NCBI GenBank assembly: GCA_963823505.1
Contig: CAWGLY010000008.1
Coordinates: 440,574-504,573, forward strand
Source of the DNA: an uncultured Acidimicrobiia bacterium
GTDB lineage: Bacteria > Actinomycetota > Acidimicrobiia > Spongiisociales > UBA5794
Direction of reading: 5' to 3'
Length of the DNA stretch: 64,000 nucleotides
Each line of letters begins with the position of its first letter. Within the stretch, counting starts at the first letter, position 1. Made by a program: the position numbers and the translations under genes. Below the pieces are notes generated by a model. It saw only the letters and a program-made list of their open reading frames with translations, did no database searches and had not been told where the DNA came from. Of the stretch, positions 29,282 through 39,346 are shown one piece after another.

Positions 29282-30839
29282 GCGCGCGATCATTGCAGGG
29301 ACAGAGGAGGCACCCGTGGTCGTTGAAGACACAACCGGCACCGTCGTGGTTGCACCGCGCCGGCGGCGGCGCTGGCCTTGGGTGCTTGGTCTTGTTCTGG
29401 CTGCGGGGTTGATCGCCGGATGGGCTCTCAGCCGCGACGACGCGCCCGCGGAAGACGCCGAGCCCGTTGCCCAGGTGAACACGGGTGAGGTCGTGCAGAC
29501 CGATCTCGTGGAGCTCACGACCTACCCGGGCACCCTCGGTCGGGTGGCCGGTGATCCGGTGACGTCGGCATTTGCCGGCACGGTGACGAGTGCGAGCGCA
29601 GCGGGCCAGACGGTGGGTCAGGGTGGCGTGCTGTTCCGCATCGACGGCGACCCTGTCGTGTTGATGCTGGGGGCAACCCCGGCGTATCGCTCCATTGCCT
29701 CCAGCGCAGGGACGGTGTCCGTCTTCAGCACGACGAGCGGCACGATCACGTCGATCGTGGAAGACGGCGACACCTTGGAGCTCGGCGACGTGGTCTACAC
29801 CATCGGAGATCAGCCCGCGTTCGTCCTGTACGGCGAGGTCCCTGTATGGCGGACGCTCCGTGACGGCATCGACGACGGTCCCGATGTGCAACAGCTCGAA
29901 CAGTCCCTGGTCGATCTGGGCTACGACCCGGACGGTGATGCGACGGTCGACGAGGAGTTCACGGCCAACACCACAGCAATGGTCGAGCGCTGGCAGGAGG
30001 ACGTCGGCATCGAGGAAGATGGAGATGTTGATCTTGGCGAAGTCGTGTTCCTGCAGGGACCGAGCGAGGTGGTGGCCGTTCCTGCCCTGGTTGGGCAACC
30101 GATCGGCGTTGGTCAGGCGATCCTCGAAGTCGGTGACGGTGTGCCGCCGACAGGTGACGACGTCGCCCAGCTCGAGCAGAACCTGACCGATCTCGGCTTC
30201 GACCCGGGAGCCGTTGACGGGACCTACACGAACGAGACGCGGCAAGCGGTCATTGCCTGGCAGGCGTCGATCGGCGCTGATGAGGATGGCATCGTCGACC
30301 TCGGCGAGGTGGTATTCCTGCCGTCCGCGATTCGCATCAGCGATCAGCTCGCCACGGTCGGCTCTGCAGTGGGCCCGGGTACGCCGGTGCTAGCGGCAAC
30401 GGGCAGCGACATCAAGGTGACGGTCGACCTTCCTGCCGCGGACCAAGGCCTGATCGCCGAAGGAGACACCGTCACCATCGAGCTACCAGACAATTCTCGC
30501 ACAGAGGGCACGGTGGAGTTCGTCGACACCGTGGCCACGGTGAGTCAGGCGGGTGAGGCGGTCTTCGAAGTGACCATCGTCCTCGTCGATCCCGCCGCCG
30601 CCAACGGACTCGACGAAGCACCCGTGGACGTCGACGTGATCACCGACCGCGTCGACGGTGCGCTCGCCGTGCCAGTGACCGCACTGGTTGCTCTGGCGGA
30701 GGGTGGGTATGCGGTTGAGGTGGTCGAGGTGTCCGGCACTACCCGCTTGGTGTCGGTCGACCCCGGCTTCTACGCCGATGGATTGGTTGAGATCACAGGG
30801 GCATCGCTGTCTGTGGGTGATGCGGTCGTGCTGCCGTGA
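29274..30839 (+). CDS. Efflux/membrane-fusion-like adaptor with two peptidoglycan-binding domains
   Basis: N-terminal TM; 'GPDVQQLEQSLVDLGY' and 'GDDVAQLEQNLTDLGF'; C-terminal 'LAVPVTALVALAEGGYAVEV...GFYADGLVEITG'. Confidence 0.85.
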   Translation: MAERAIIAGTEEAPVVVEDTTGTVVVAPRRRRRWPWVLGLVLAAGLIAGWALSRDDAPAEDAEPVAQVNTGEVVQTDLVELTTYPGTLGRVAGDPVTSAFAGTVTSASAAGQTVGQGGVLFRIDGDPVVLMLGATPAYRSIASSAGTVSVFSTTSGTITSIVEDGDTLELGDVVYTIGDQPAFVLYGEVPVWRTLRDGIDDGPDVQQLEQSLVDLGYDPDGDATVDEEFTANTTAMVERWQEDVGIEEDGDVDLGEVVFLQGPSEVVAVPALVGQPIGVGQAILEVGDGVPPTGDDVAQLEQNLTDLGFDPGAVDGTYTNETRQAVIAWQASIGADEDGIVDLGEVVFLPSAIRISDQLATVGSAVGPGTPVLAATGSDIKVTVDLPAADQGLIAEGDTVTIELPDNSRTEGTVEFVDTVATVSQAGEAVFEVTIVLVDPAAANGLDEAPVDVDVITDRVDGALAVPVTALVALAEGGYAVEVVEVSGTTRLVSVDPGFYADGLVEITGASLSVGDAVVLP

Positions 30840-31561
30840 CGGCAACGCTCACCGAGTCGGTGGCGGACCTCGGCGGTGGCGATGTCGTTCTCTCCATGCG
30901 CGACGTCGTCAAGGAGTACCCGACGACACCGCCGGTGAGGGCCCTCGCCGGTGTCAGCTTCACGGTCAACCGCGGCGAGCTGGTGTCGGTGGTAGGACCC
31001 TCCGGATCGGGCAAGTCGACCCTCCTCCACATCATGGGAACCCTCGACCTGCCCACGTCTGGAGAAGTCAGCGTCGCCGGGTACCGAGTGTCCGATCTGG
31101 GCGACCGCGATCTGTCGGCGCTGCGAGCCCACCACATTGGGTTCGTGTTTCAGCAGTTCTATCTCCTGAGCGGCTACACCGCGCTCGACAACGTCGCCGA
31201 CGGCCTGCTCTACACCGGATTGTCCCTGAGCGATCGCCGGTCCTTGGCGTATACCGCACTCGACCGGGTCGGTCTCGGCCACCGCCTCGACCATGTCGCC
31301 ACCAAGCTCTCGGGCGGGGAGCGGCAACGGGTAGCGATCGCCAGGGCCCTCGTCGGCGAGCCGGACATCGTGCTCGCCGACGAGCCCACCGGCAACCTCG
31401 ACTCCAAGACCAGCGACTCGATCGTCGAGCTCATCGAAGAGCTCAGCGAGGATGGCGCCACCATCGTGGTGATCACCCACAACCATGAGATCGCTGCCCA
31501 TTTCCCGAGGACGATCTCGATCCGCGACGGGCTGATCGAGAGCGACCACACCCGCTCATGA
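30836..31561 (+). CDS. MacB/LolD-like ABC ATP-binding protein
   Basis: GPSGSGKS, 'IGFVFQQFYL', 'LSGGERQRVAIARAL', 'ADEPTGNLD'. Confidence 0.93.
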   Translation: MTATLTESVADLGGGDVVLSMRDVVKEYPTTPPVRALAGVSFTVNRGELVSVVGPSGSGKSTLLHIMGTLDLPTSGEVSVAGYRVSDLGDRDLSALRAHHIGFVFQQFYLLSGYTALDNVADGLLYTGLSLSDRRSLAYTALDRVGLGHRLDHVATKLSGGERQRVAIARALVGEPDIVLADEPTGNLDSKTSDSIVELIEELSEDGATIVVITHNHEIAAHFPRTISIRDGLIESDHTRS

Positions 31562-32766
31562 CCACCCGAACGAAGCTGCAGCGTTCAGCACTCCATCCCG
31601 CCGACATCGCACGGGTCGCCAGCGTCGGCCTGCGCACTCGCAAGCTCCGCGCCGCGCTCTCGGCGTTGGGCATCATGATCGGTATCGCCGCCATGGTGGG
31701 CGTGCTTGGACTGTCCGAGTCCTCGAAATCCGACCTCCTGGCGCAACTCGATCGCTTGGGCACCAACCTTGTCACTGTGCAGGCGGGACAGGGTTTTGGC
31801 CGCGGCAGCGGCGAGCTGCCGGAAGAGGCTACGGCGATGATCGCCCGGATCGGCCCTGTGGAGACGACCAGCGCGGTGAGCACCGTCGACGGTGCCAACG
31901 TCTATCGAACCGATCTGGTCCCCGATTCGCAGTCAGGGGGAATCACGGTCCAAGCCGTCGACCTCAACCTCTTGGAGACGCTGAGTGGATCGGTAGCAGA
32001 CGGCCGTTTTCTGGACGAGGCGAGTGCAGTCTTCCCTACCGCCGTGCTCGGATCCGTGGCAGCCGAGAGGCTCGGCATATCCGACGTGACCGGTGATCAG
32101 CTCGTCTGGTTGGGCGGCCAGTGGTTCACCGTCGTCGGAGTGCTCGATGAGTTCGAGTTGAGCCCCGACCTCGACAGGGCTGCCCTCGTCGGCATGGCTG
32201 CTGCTGAGACCTTTCTCGACGACGACAACGTTCCGACGTCGATCTACGTCAGAACCGACCCCGATCAGGTGGACGATGTCATGAACGTCATGGCGGCAAC
32301 CGCCAACCCGGAGACGCCGGAAGAGGTCGAGGTCGAGCGGCCCTCCGACGCGCTCGAGGCCCGCGAGGCCGCAGATGATGCCTTCACTGCGTTGTTCCTC
32401 GGCCTCGGTGCGGTTGCGCTGTTGGTGGGCGGCGTCGGTATCGCCAACGTCATGGTCATCTCCGTGTTGGAGCGGCGCTCGGAGATCGGTCTGCGCCGAG
32501 CGCTCGGTGCAACCAAACGTCATGTCGCTCTTCAGTTCCTCGGGGAAGCGTTGCTGCTCGCTGCGATTGGCGGCGTGGGCGGGGTCGCTCTCGGCGCCGC
32601 GGTGACGAGCGGGTATGCGAGGTTCAAGGGTTGGGACACGCTCATTCCCCCCATCGCCATGATCGGCGGGCTGGTGGCCGCTCTGGTGATCGGTGCGATC
32701 GCCGGCCTGTATCCCGCGATCCGCGCCGCCCGCATGTCACCAACGGACGCACTGCGCACTGGGTAG
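31558..32766 (+). CDS. MacB/FtsX-like ABC permease
   Basis: 'LRAALSALGIMIGIAAMV', 'VGGVGIANVMVISVLERRSEIGLRRALGA', 'AGLYPAIRAARM'. Confidence 0.93.
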   Translation: MTTRTKLQRSALHPADIARVASVGLRTRKLRAALSALGIMIGIAAMVGVLGLSESSKSDLLAQLDRLGTNLVTVQAGQGFGRGSGELPEEATAMIARIGPVETTSAVSTVDGANVYRTDLVPDSQSGGITVQAVDLNLLETLSGSVADGRFLDEASAVFPTAVLGSVAAERLGISDVTGDQLVWLGGQWFTVVGVLDEFELSPDLDRAALVGMAAAETFLDDDNVPTSIYVRTDPDQVDDVMNVMAATANPETPEEVEVERPSDALEAREAADDAFTALFLGLGAVALLVGGVGIANVMVISVLERRSEIGLRRALGATKRHVALQFLGEALLLAAIGGVGGVALGAAVTSGYARFKGWDTLIPPIAMIGGLVAALVIGAIAGLYPAIRAARMSPTDALRTG

Positions 32767-32804
32767 AGGCGAGGTCACGCGATCCCTTGTGTGGCAACGG
32801 TTTC

Positions 32805-32826
32805 TGTCACACCCGGGATGTACGTT
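32805..32826 (+). promoter_or_regulatory. PafBC/RecA-NDp-like DNA-damage promoter
   Basis: TGTCAC-N10-TACGTT, 6 nt before in-frame ATG 32833; consensus TGTCGG-N10-TA-N3-T. Confidence 0.55.
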
Positions 32827-32832
32827 GTCGTC

Positions 32833-33957
32833 ATGTTGTCCATCGACGAATCCGTGTCGATAGATCGTCTGGAGCAGGAGAGCATTGCCTGTGAACGGCT
32901 GATCGGCCGGCTCCGCGCCCACCAACTCGGGTTGCTGCGCCGTCTCGACGAAGCCCAGGTCATGCAGCTGGACGGCTCCAGGTCGATGGTCGACTGGACT
33001 GCCGCCCGCCTCGACGTGAGCCGGGACACGGCTCGAACGCTCATCCAAGCAGTGAAGCTCACAGCCGAGTGCCCAGAGGATCTGGAACAGCTCTCGGTGG
33101 GAGATGTGTCATTCGATCGTGCGATCGCTACTGCCCGCCTGCGTACCACGGGTGCGGACGCCATGACGATCGACGACAGCTCCGGTTTTGACGTTGCAGG
33201 TGTCCATCGACTGGCCGCGCGGCGCCGGCGCCTCTCTCCGACCGACGAAAAAGCAGCGTTCCTCGACCGGCATCTGGTGACCCAGACCTCGCTCGATGGT
33301 CGGGAGGGCCGGGGCTGGTTCCGGCTGCCCGGCTTCGAGCTCAGCATCCTGGAGAAGGCCATCGACGAACGTGCCGACCAGTTCCGCGACCTTCCCGGCC
33401 CGTCGTCTCCGGCGCAAGCCAGGCGGGCGGATGCATTGGTATCGATCGCCCAGGACACGCTCGACCCGGCCCACAGTGGACAGACCCGGCACAACTCGCG
33501 GGATCCGCTGGTCACCGTTCTTGTTGATGCCACGCTCGCCGCAGACACGCGCGGCGAGGCAGGGTCAGAGGTGGAGTTTGGACCGAAGGTTGGCCCTGCC
33601 ACGTTGGAACGCATTCTCTGCGGCGGGCGGGTGCAACTCGTGGGTATCGACAGGGGCCGCCCGGTGGTGACGTCGGATGCGACGCACGGGATTCCCCCTG
33701 CCGTCCGCCGCTACGTCATCTGGCGCGATGGCGCTTGCACGATCGACGGCTGTTCCAGCCGGTACCGGCTAGAGCCGCATCATGTGCGGCGCCGCCACCA
33801 CGGCGGTGACCATGATCAGGACAACCTGGCGACCCTCTGCTGGTACCACCACCACGTCAAGATCCACGGTGAGGGCTACACCCTCGACCCGGCCACGCCG
33901 CCACAACGACGCCGGCTCCGCCCACCACCTCGCGGCGCCGATCCGCCGCTTCGCTGA
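32833..33957 (+). CDS. DUF222/13E12-family HNH endonuclease
   Basis: 'QARRADALV' and C-terminal 'RDGACTIDGC...EPHHV...GGDHDQDNLATLCWYHH'. Confidence 0.88.
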   Translation: MLSIDESVSIDRLEQESIACERLIGRLRAHQLGLLRRLDEAQVMQLDGSRSMVDWTAARLDVSRDTARTLIQAVKLTAECPEDLEQLSVGDVSFDRAIATARLRTTGADAMTIDDSSGFDVAGVHRLAARRRRLSPTDEKAAFLDRHLVTQTSLDGREGRGWFRLPGFELSILEKAIDERADQFRDLPGPSSPAQARRADALVSIAQDTLDPAHSGQTRHNSRDPLVTVLVDATLAADTRGEAGSEVEFGPKVGPATLERILCGGRVQLVGIDRGRPVVTSDATHGIPPAVRRYVIWRDGACTIDGCSSRYRLEPHHVRRRHHGGDHDQDNLATLCWYHHHVKIHGEGYTLDPATPPQRRRLRPPPRGADPPLR

Positions 33958-34076
33958 CCCTGGCCCATCCCGCACACGAACAGCCGACGACAATCTCACC
34001 GGCTGCCGGCTCCAATTGCCGGCTGCCGACTGCCGCCCGCCTGGCGCGTCCGCAGAGCCACAAGTCCGGGTGAGGA

Positions 34077-34964
34077 ATGACCGGGATAGACTTCACGCCC
34101 GTGACGTGGGCCATTGAAGGCAAAGAGGTGCTCATCACCGGTGGGAACTCCGGGATCGGCAAGGCAACCGCCACCGAGCTTGCGCGTCGCGGAGCCCATG
34201 TGATGATCACGGCTCGAGACCCTGCCAAAGGTGCGTCCGCGGCCGCCGAGATACGGGGCGCCGCCGGAGCAGAGGTCGCCGTGGGCGACCTCGACTTGTC
34301 CCGACTCGACTCTGTGAGGGCATTCGCCGACGACTACCTCGACACCCACGACCGGCTCGATGTGCTGATCAACAACGCAGGCGTGATGGCCGGGAAACGT
34401 CAGGAGACCCCCGACGGGTTCGAGTGGACGTTCGGCGTCAATCACCTCGGGCCCTTTCTCCTCACCAATCTCTTGACCGACCTCCTCGTGGCCAGCGCCC
34501 CATCCCGGATCATCACCGTCAGCTCTGAGATCCACCGCAGACACGACGACGGCTTGGACTTCCCCGACCTCCAGATGACGAATGGCTACTCGTCGTCCAA
34601 CGCGTACGGCGCGTCCAAGCTGGCGAACGTGCTCTTCACCGTGGAACTGGATCGCAGGCTTCGGGACACTGGCGTGACTGCCAGGGCGCTGCACCCTGGC
34701 GTCGTCGCAACCTCGTTCGGGAAGAGCCAGGAAAGCCGGTGGTCGATGGGGCTTCTCATGACGGTGCTGAAACCTGTGCTGCAAAAACCCGACAAGGGAG
34801 CGCGTACCTCGGTGTTTCTCGCCACCGCGGACGACACCGTGCTCGGGACAAGCCTCTATTGGTCCGATGAGAGGCCCAAGGAACTGATTCCGGCTGCGGT
34901 CGATCCCGATGCCGCTGCACGTCTGTGGGACGAGAGCGCACGCCTCGTCGGGCTGACGCAGTAG
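34077..34964 (+). CDS. SDR-family oxidoreductase (retinol dehydrogenase-like)
   Basis: 'ITGGNSGIG', 'LINNAG', 'FGVNHLGPF', catalytic 'YGASK', 'LHPGVV'. Confidence 0.93.
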   Translation: MTGIDFTPVTWAIEGKEVLITGGNSGIGKATATELARRGAHVMITARDPAKGASAAAEIRGAAGAEVAVGDLDLSRLDSVRAFADDYLDTHDRLDVLINNAGVMAGKRQETPDGFEWTFGVNHLGPFLLTNLLTDLLVASAPSRIITVSSEIHRRHDDGLDFPDLQMTNGYSSSNAYGASKLANVLFTVELDRRLRDTGVTARALHPGVVATSFGKSQESRWSMGLLMTVLKPVLQKPDKGARTSVFLATADDTVLGTSLYWSDERPKELIPAAVDPDAAARLWDESARLVGLTQ

Positions 34965-35083
34965 CAGAGCCCGACGCAGCGGCCGTTAGCCGGCAGGCAG
35001 GGCCAAATGCACCTGCCGCTCACCCGCACCGAGTCGGACGATGGATGGAGGTCCCCACCGGTTCAGAGGGGAGGCGGCAGTCC

Positions 35084-35614
35084 ATGACCGCGCACTTGGG
35101 CCCATCGCTCCACGACAGAGCGGCTCTGAGCACATCGCCGTTCTGGTCGAGACGCCGCGGGGTAGCGGCGCTCCTTGCCCTTGGCGGATGTTTCATGCTG
35201 GGGCGAACGGTCATGTTGATCGCTGGCGGCGCATTGACCACATACCAGCCGTGGGCTGCCGCCTTGTTGACGCTGGAGTTCCTGGTGGACGGCGTCGCCG
35301 TCGCGCTCTTGGTGCGTTGGCTTGTCACGGGTGATGAGCAGCACCAGGCACCGGCGCTGCGTGGCGTTGCCGCCGTGATCTTGGTCCACGCGGTCCGCGT
35401 GCTCGTGTTCGTGCTCGGCCGCACCGGGCCGTGGGTTGATTTCGACGTGCGACCAGGCCACCGCATCAGTCATGGCGAGACGTGGAGCTGGGCGGGTGTG
35501 TGGTTCGCCGGCATCATGGCGCTCTCAAGCGTCGTCGTTCTCGTCATCGTGGCGCGACACCGTCGGCGTTCGCTGCGGAGCAACGCCAGCCAGGTTCAAC
35601 CACGACGGCTCTGA
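35084..35614 (+). CDS. Hypothetical integral membrane protein (~4 TM)
   Basis: GGAGG RBS and four hydrophobic segments. Confidence 0.6.
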   Translation: MTAHLGPSLHDRAALSTSPFWSRRRGVAALLALGGCFMLGRTVMLIAGGALTTYQPWAAALLTLEFLVDGVAVALLVRWLVTGDEQHQAPALRGVAAVILVHAVRVLVFVLGRTGPWVDFDVRPGHRISHGETWSWAGVWFAGIMALSSVVVLVIVARHRRRSLRSNASQVQPRRL

Positions 35615-35736
35615 TTCGGATCCACCGATCCTCGGAAGCGGTCGCCCGGTGGCGGCTCCGGGCACATGCTCAGCTCCGGTTCCGCACGACCCCCACACCC
35701 CTTGAACCTCCGTGGGAGCCTCCATAGGGTGACGAA

Positions 35737-37158
35737 ATGGGTCTCTGCCGCGTCGATACCGACCGGCTACGGGCACTCGCTTCTCGGCTCGGAGCACAGG
35801 CGGTGGCGCTGCATGGTGCGGTGCCCGCAGTCGGTGTCCTCACCCAGCACGGCTATCGGGACGCGTCCTCAGATGTCGCCCAGCGAATGGTGGGCGCGGA
35901 CGGCTGGATCGAAATCTGGCGCAAGAGCCTGCTGGAACGGGCGGACCTCATCGACACCGACCGCCGGTTCTTCACGACCCCCTCGGTCACCACGACTGAG
36001 CACCTGCGACGCACGACGAGCGGTGCGGCCCTCGCCGCCCACCTTGGGGCGCCGGCGATCATTGCCCCCACGCTGGCAGGCGAAGTAGATGGTGCCGCGA
36101 TGGCCCTGCTACGTCTGGTCAACCGCGACGCCGGGCCGGAAGAGATCGAGGCGTTCTTCCTCGCCATGCCGCAGCCGACGGCGATCCGCCTTGCGGCCGA
36201 GCACGCAGATCTCGTCGGCAATCTCGGCGGGGCGCCGCTCTCGCTACGCATCCTCGCCAATGGGCTGCGCCTCACCAGAACGCTGGCAACGGCACAACGA
36301 CCGGACGAAGTCGATGCGCTGCGGCAACTCGCCGAGCTGCAGCCGAAGCTCATCGTGTTCGATTGGCCTGCAGGGAGAATCGCCGAGTGGATCGGGCCCG
36401 TCGGGGCACAGCATGTTGCGGTCCTCGTGCCGGGCACAGGCGCAAGCGTGTGGTCCTATGGCGACCTGCATACGCAGGCGCGTCGCATGGTCGAAGCTGA
36501 TCCCACCGATGGCGACCTGGCCCTCATTGCTGCGCTGGTGCACACGTCGCCGCCGACGCTCGCCCACGCCGCATTGGGAGGATACGCGGATCGAGGCGGC
36601 GGAGACGTGGAACGGTTCCTCGCAGGGCTGGACCTCAGTGACCGCCACGTCACGTTGATCGGCCATTCCTACGGATCGACGGTTCTCGGTGCTGCCCTTC
36701 ACGCCGGAGTCGTCGCTGCGCTCCCCAAGGATGCCGATGTGGTCTTCCTGGGATCTCCTGGGGTGCGATACGACCGGGTGAGCGACGTTCCCGTGCCCGC
36801 GGATCACGTGTGGGTTGGTCTCATTCCCGGCGACGAGATCGTGCTCGCCGTCCACCCCCGTGCGCTTCCAGAGGTCGCCCGCTGCAACGCCGGAATCGCC
36901 TTGCCGATGCAGGCGTGTGACGTGGATGAATGGCTCATCCACGGGCGGAACCCGGCGCATCCGGCCTTCGGTGCCCAGGTGTTCGCTGCCGATCCGGCCG
37001 GCGGCACGCGGATCGAGCACACCGCGTACTTCTCCCTCGACGCTCAGGGACCGAGCGTGGTGCTCGCCAACATCCTCAGGATCGCCACCGGCAGCTACGG
37101 TGACGTGGATTTGACGCGGCGCCATGGCCCCGTCGAGCGCCTCTCACCAAATCCTTAG
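35737..37158 (+). CDS. Alpha/beta hydrolase (Abhydrolase_8/DUF1023-like) with helical WXG100-like N-terminus
   Basis: 'HVAVLVPGT', nucleophile 'IGHSYGS', 'VVFLGSPG', 'HTAYF'; TAGGGT -10 6 nt before ATG. Confidence 0.75.
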   Translation: MGLCRVDTDRLRALASRLGAQAVALHGAVPAVGVLTQHGYRDASSDVAQRMVGADGWIEIWRKSLLERADLIDTDRRFFTTPSVTTTEHLRRTTSGAALAAHLGAPAIIAPTLAGEVDGAAMALLRLVNRDAGPEEIEAFFLAMPQPTAIRLAAEHADLVGNLGGAPLSLRILANGLRLTRTLATAQRPDEVDALRQLAELQPKLIVFDWPAGRIAEWIGPVGAQHVAVLVPGTGASVWSYGDLHTQARRMVEADPTDGDLALIAALVHTSPPTLAHAALGGYADRGGGDVERFLAGLDLSDRHVTLIGHSYGSTVLGAALHAGVVAALPKDADVVFLGSPGVRYDRVSDVPVPADHVWVGLIPGDEIVLAVHPRALPEVARCNAGIALPMQACDVDEWLIHGRNPAHPAFGAQVFAADPAGGTRIEHTAYFSLDAQGPSVVLANILRIATGSYGDVDLTRRHGPVERLSPNP

Positions 37159-37169
37159 AGTGATCTCAG
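37142..37169 (+). promoter_or_regulatory. 11-bp-phased TCTCAG-like boxes upstream of the response regulator
   Basis: tctcac 37142, ccttag 37153, tctcag 37164. Confidence 0.55.
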
Positions 37170-37206
37170 CTCAATCCGAGGGGCAGGGCCGATCATCGAC
37201 TTCGAG

Positions 37207-37911
37207 ATGGAAACCAACCTCATGACCCAAGTCGAAACCTCACGAGTCCTCCTGGTCGAGGACGACCGCAGCGTCCGCGAGGCCGTGGAGCGCGCCCTTC
37301 GGTTTGAGGGCTACGAGGTGGTGACGGCGCGCGACGGTTCGGAAGCACTCTCGGCCGTGATGAACGACAGACCGGACGTCATCATCCTGGATGTGATGAT
37401 GCCCCACATCGACGGTCTGGAAGCGTGTCGCCGGATCAGAGCGCGGGGCGACAGCACGCCCATCCTCATGTTGACGGCCCGCGAGTCGGTCTCCGATCGG
37501 GTCGCAGGACTCGACGCCGGCGCCGACGACTACCTCGTCAAGCCGTTTGCCCTCGAGGAGCTGTTGGCCCGGCTACGGGCGTTGCTTCGCAGAGCGCACG
37601 GCGCAAGCACGGAGACGTACGTGGTCGGCGATCTGGTCATGAACGCTGCGACCCGTGAGGTGCGGCGCGGAGGCCAGCCCATCGATCTCACCAAGACGGA
37701 GTTCGATCTTCTCGAGCTGCTCATGCAGAACCCAGGCATCGTGCTCAACCGTTCGGTGATCTACGAGCGGATCTGGGGCTACGACTTCGAGACATCGTCG
37801 AATTCCCTCGATGTCTACATCGGCTACCTGCGTCGGAAGACCGAGCCGGGCAGCATGCCTCGCGTCATCCACACCATCCGCGGTGTGGGATACGTCATCC
37901 GAGAGCCCTGA
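37207..37911 (+). CDS. mprA: OmpR-family response regulator, MprA-like
   Basis: 'LLVEDD', 'ILDVMMP', '[14 protein letters not shown]', '[24 protein letters not shown]', 'IHTIRGVGY' closely resemble MprA. Confidence 0.85.
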   Translation: METNLMTQVETSRVLLVEDDRSVREAVERALRFEGYEVVTARDGSEALSAVMNDRPDVIILDVMMPHIDGLEACRRIRARGDSTPILMLTARESVSDRVAGLDAGADDYLVKPFALEELLARLRALLRRAHGASTETYVVGDLVMNAATREVRRGGQPIDLTKTEFDLLELLMQNPGIVLNRSVIYERIWGYDFETSSNSLDVYIGYLRRKTEPGSMPRVIHTIRGVGYVIREP

Positions 37912-37936
37912 GCCGGTTGAGCCGAGGAGGCACGGC

Positions 37937-39331
37937 GTGAGACTCCGCACCCGCATGGCGTTGATCTCGGCAACGGCAGTCGCCGTCGTCGTCATCGTCG
38001 CCGTGGTGCTCGCCCAGCAAGTAGCACGCAGGGAGCTGATGGGCGAGATCGACCAAAGCCTCGTCGATCGTGTCGACGCCATCGGCAGCGCATTGGGTCA
38101 AGGCCAGGACGCCGACGATTTCGGCGAAGCAGTGGCCGGGCGGGCGGGTCGCTTCCGCCGCGTCGGACCGGAGGACATCTTTGGTCGCGGAGGTAGCGGC
38201 TTTGACGCCGTGTTCTATCAGGTGGTCTTCGCAGACGGGCGTGTTCGGGCACCGACGGACCAGCCGGTCGAGCTTCCGGTCGAACCCATCGACCTCGCCC
38301 TCGCCGGACAGCCCAGCGCATCGATCATCAGGACGGTGGGGGATGGAGACGATCGTGTCCGCATGATCACCGCATCGGTCCCAGGCGCGGCGATTCAGTT
38401 CGGGCGCTCGCTGCAGGAGGTCGACGAAACACTTGCCGGCGTGACTGGGACGCTCACGCTCGCCGGCCTTGTCGGCGTGGCGCTTGCGGGCCTCCTTGGG
38501 CTTGTCGTCGCCCGCAGCGCATTGCGCCCAGTCGACGACCTGACCAAGACCGTCGAGCACGTGGCCAAGACCCGCGAGTTGGCGGCGCGCATCGATGTCG
38601 AGCGAGATGACGAGATCGGTCGCCTCGCTCGGAGTTTCAACGGCATGCTGGAGGCCCTCGAGGAGTCTCAGGTCCAACAGCAGCAACTGGTCCGCGACGC
38701 CGGTCATGAGCTGCGCACGCCGCTGACAGCATTGCGCACGAACATCGAGCTGCTGGCCAGGGCCGAGACCCTGGATGATCACGAGCGCCGCGAGGTCCTC
38801 GATGCCGCGGCGTTCGAGTTGCGGGAGCTGTCTGACCTGTCGGCCGAGCTCGTCGACCTCGCGGCCGACCCGACCGTCGTCACCGAGCCTCGGCAGACGG
38901 AGCGCATCGACGATCTGATCGACCGGGTCGCCGAGCGTTTTCGGTGGCGCACCGGACGGCCCATCAACGTCCAGGCGGAACCCTTCAGCGCCGAGGTCGG
39001 CATCACCGCTCTAGAACGGGCCGTGTCGAACCTCGTCGACAACGCCCACAAGTGGAGCCCCGAAGGAGCACCGATCACCATCGAGGCGAGGGTGGACCGA
39101 ATAGCCGTCACCGATCAGGGCTCCGGCATCCGCGAAGAGGACAAGAAGCGCATCTTCGACCGCTTCTATCGCGCAGACACTGCACGGACCACTCCGGGGT
39201 CGGGGCTTGGCCTCGCCATCGTGAAGAAGGTGGTCGAAGAGTTGGGTGGTGACGTCTTCGTCGAGTCGAGTGACGGCATGGGCGCTACCGTCGGCTTCAC
39301 CTTGCCGGCAGAGATCATTCGAGAAGCCTGA
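37937..39331 (+). CDS. mprB: HAMP sensor histidine kinase, MprB-like
   Basis: GAGGAGG RBS + GTG; two TMs, HAMP 'DEIGRLARSFN', H-box 'DAGHELRTPLT', N-box 'NLVDNAHKW', 'GSGLGLAIV'. Confidence 0.85.
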   Translation: MRLRTRMALISATAVAVVVIVAVVLAQQVARRELMGEIDQSLVDRVDAIGSALGQGQDADDFGEAVAGRAGRFRRVGPEDIFGRGGSGFDAVFYQVVFADGRVRAPTDQPVELPVEPIDLALAGQPSASIIRTVGDGDDRVRMITASVPGAAIQFGRSLQEVDETLAGVTGTLTLAGLVGVALAGLLGLVVARSALRPVDDLTKTVEHVAKTRELAARIDVERDDEIGRLARSFNGMLEALEESQVQQQQLVRDAGHELRTPLTALRTNIELLARAETLDDHERREVLDAAAFELRELSDLSAELVDLAADPTVVTEPRQTERIDDLIDRVAERFRWRTGRPINVQAEPFSAEVGITALERAVSNLVDNAHKWSPEGAPITIEARVDRIAVTDQGSGIREEDKKRIFDRFYRADTARTTPGSGLGLAIVKKVVEELGGDVFVESSDGMGATVGFTLPAEIIREA

Positions 39332-39346
39332 GCAGCCGCCTGCAGT

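Noticed and set aside
34030-34048. ZTP riboswitch 3' word (gccgcccgcctgg)
   Set aside because: No 5' GACUGGCG element and no purine/folate gene downstream
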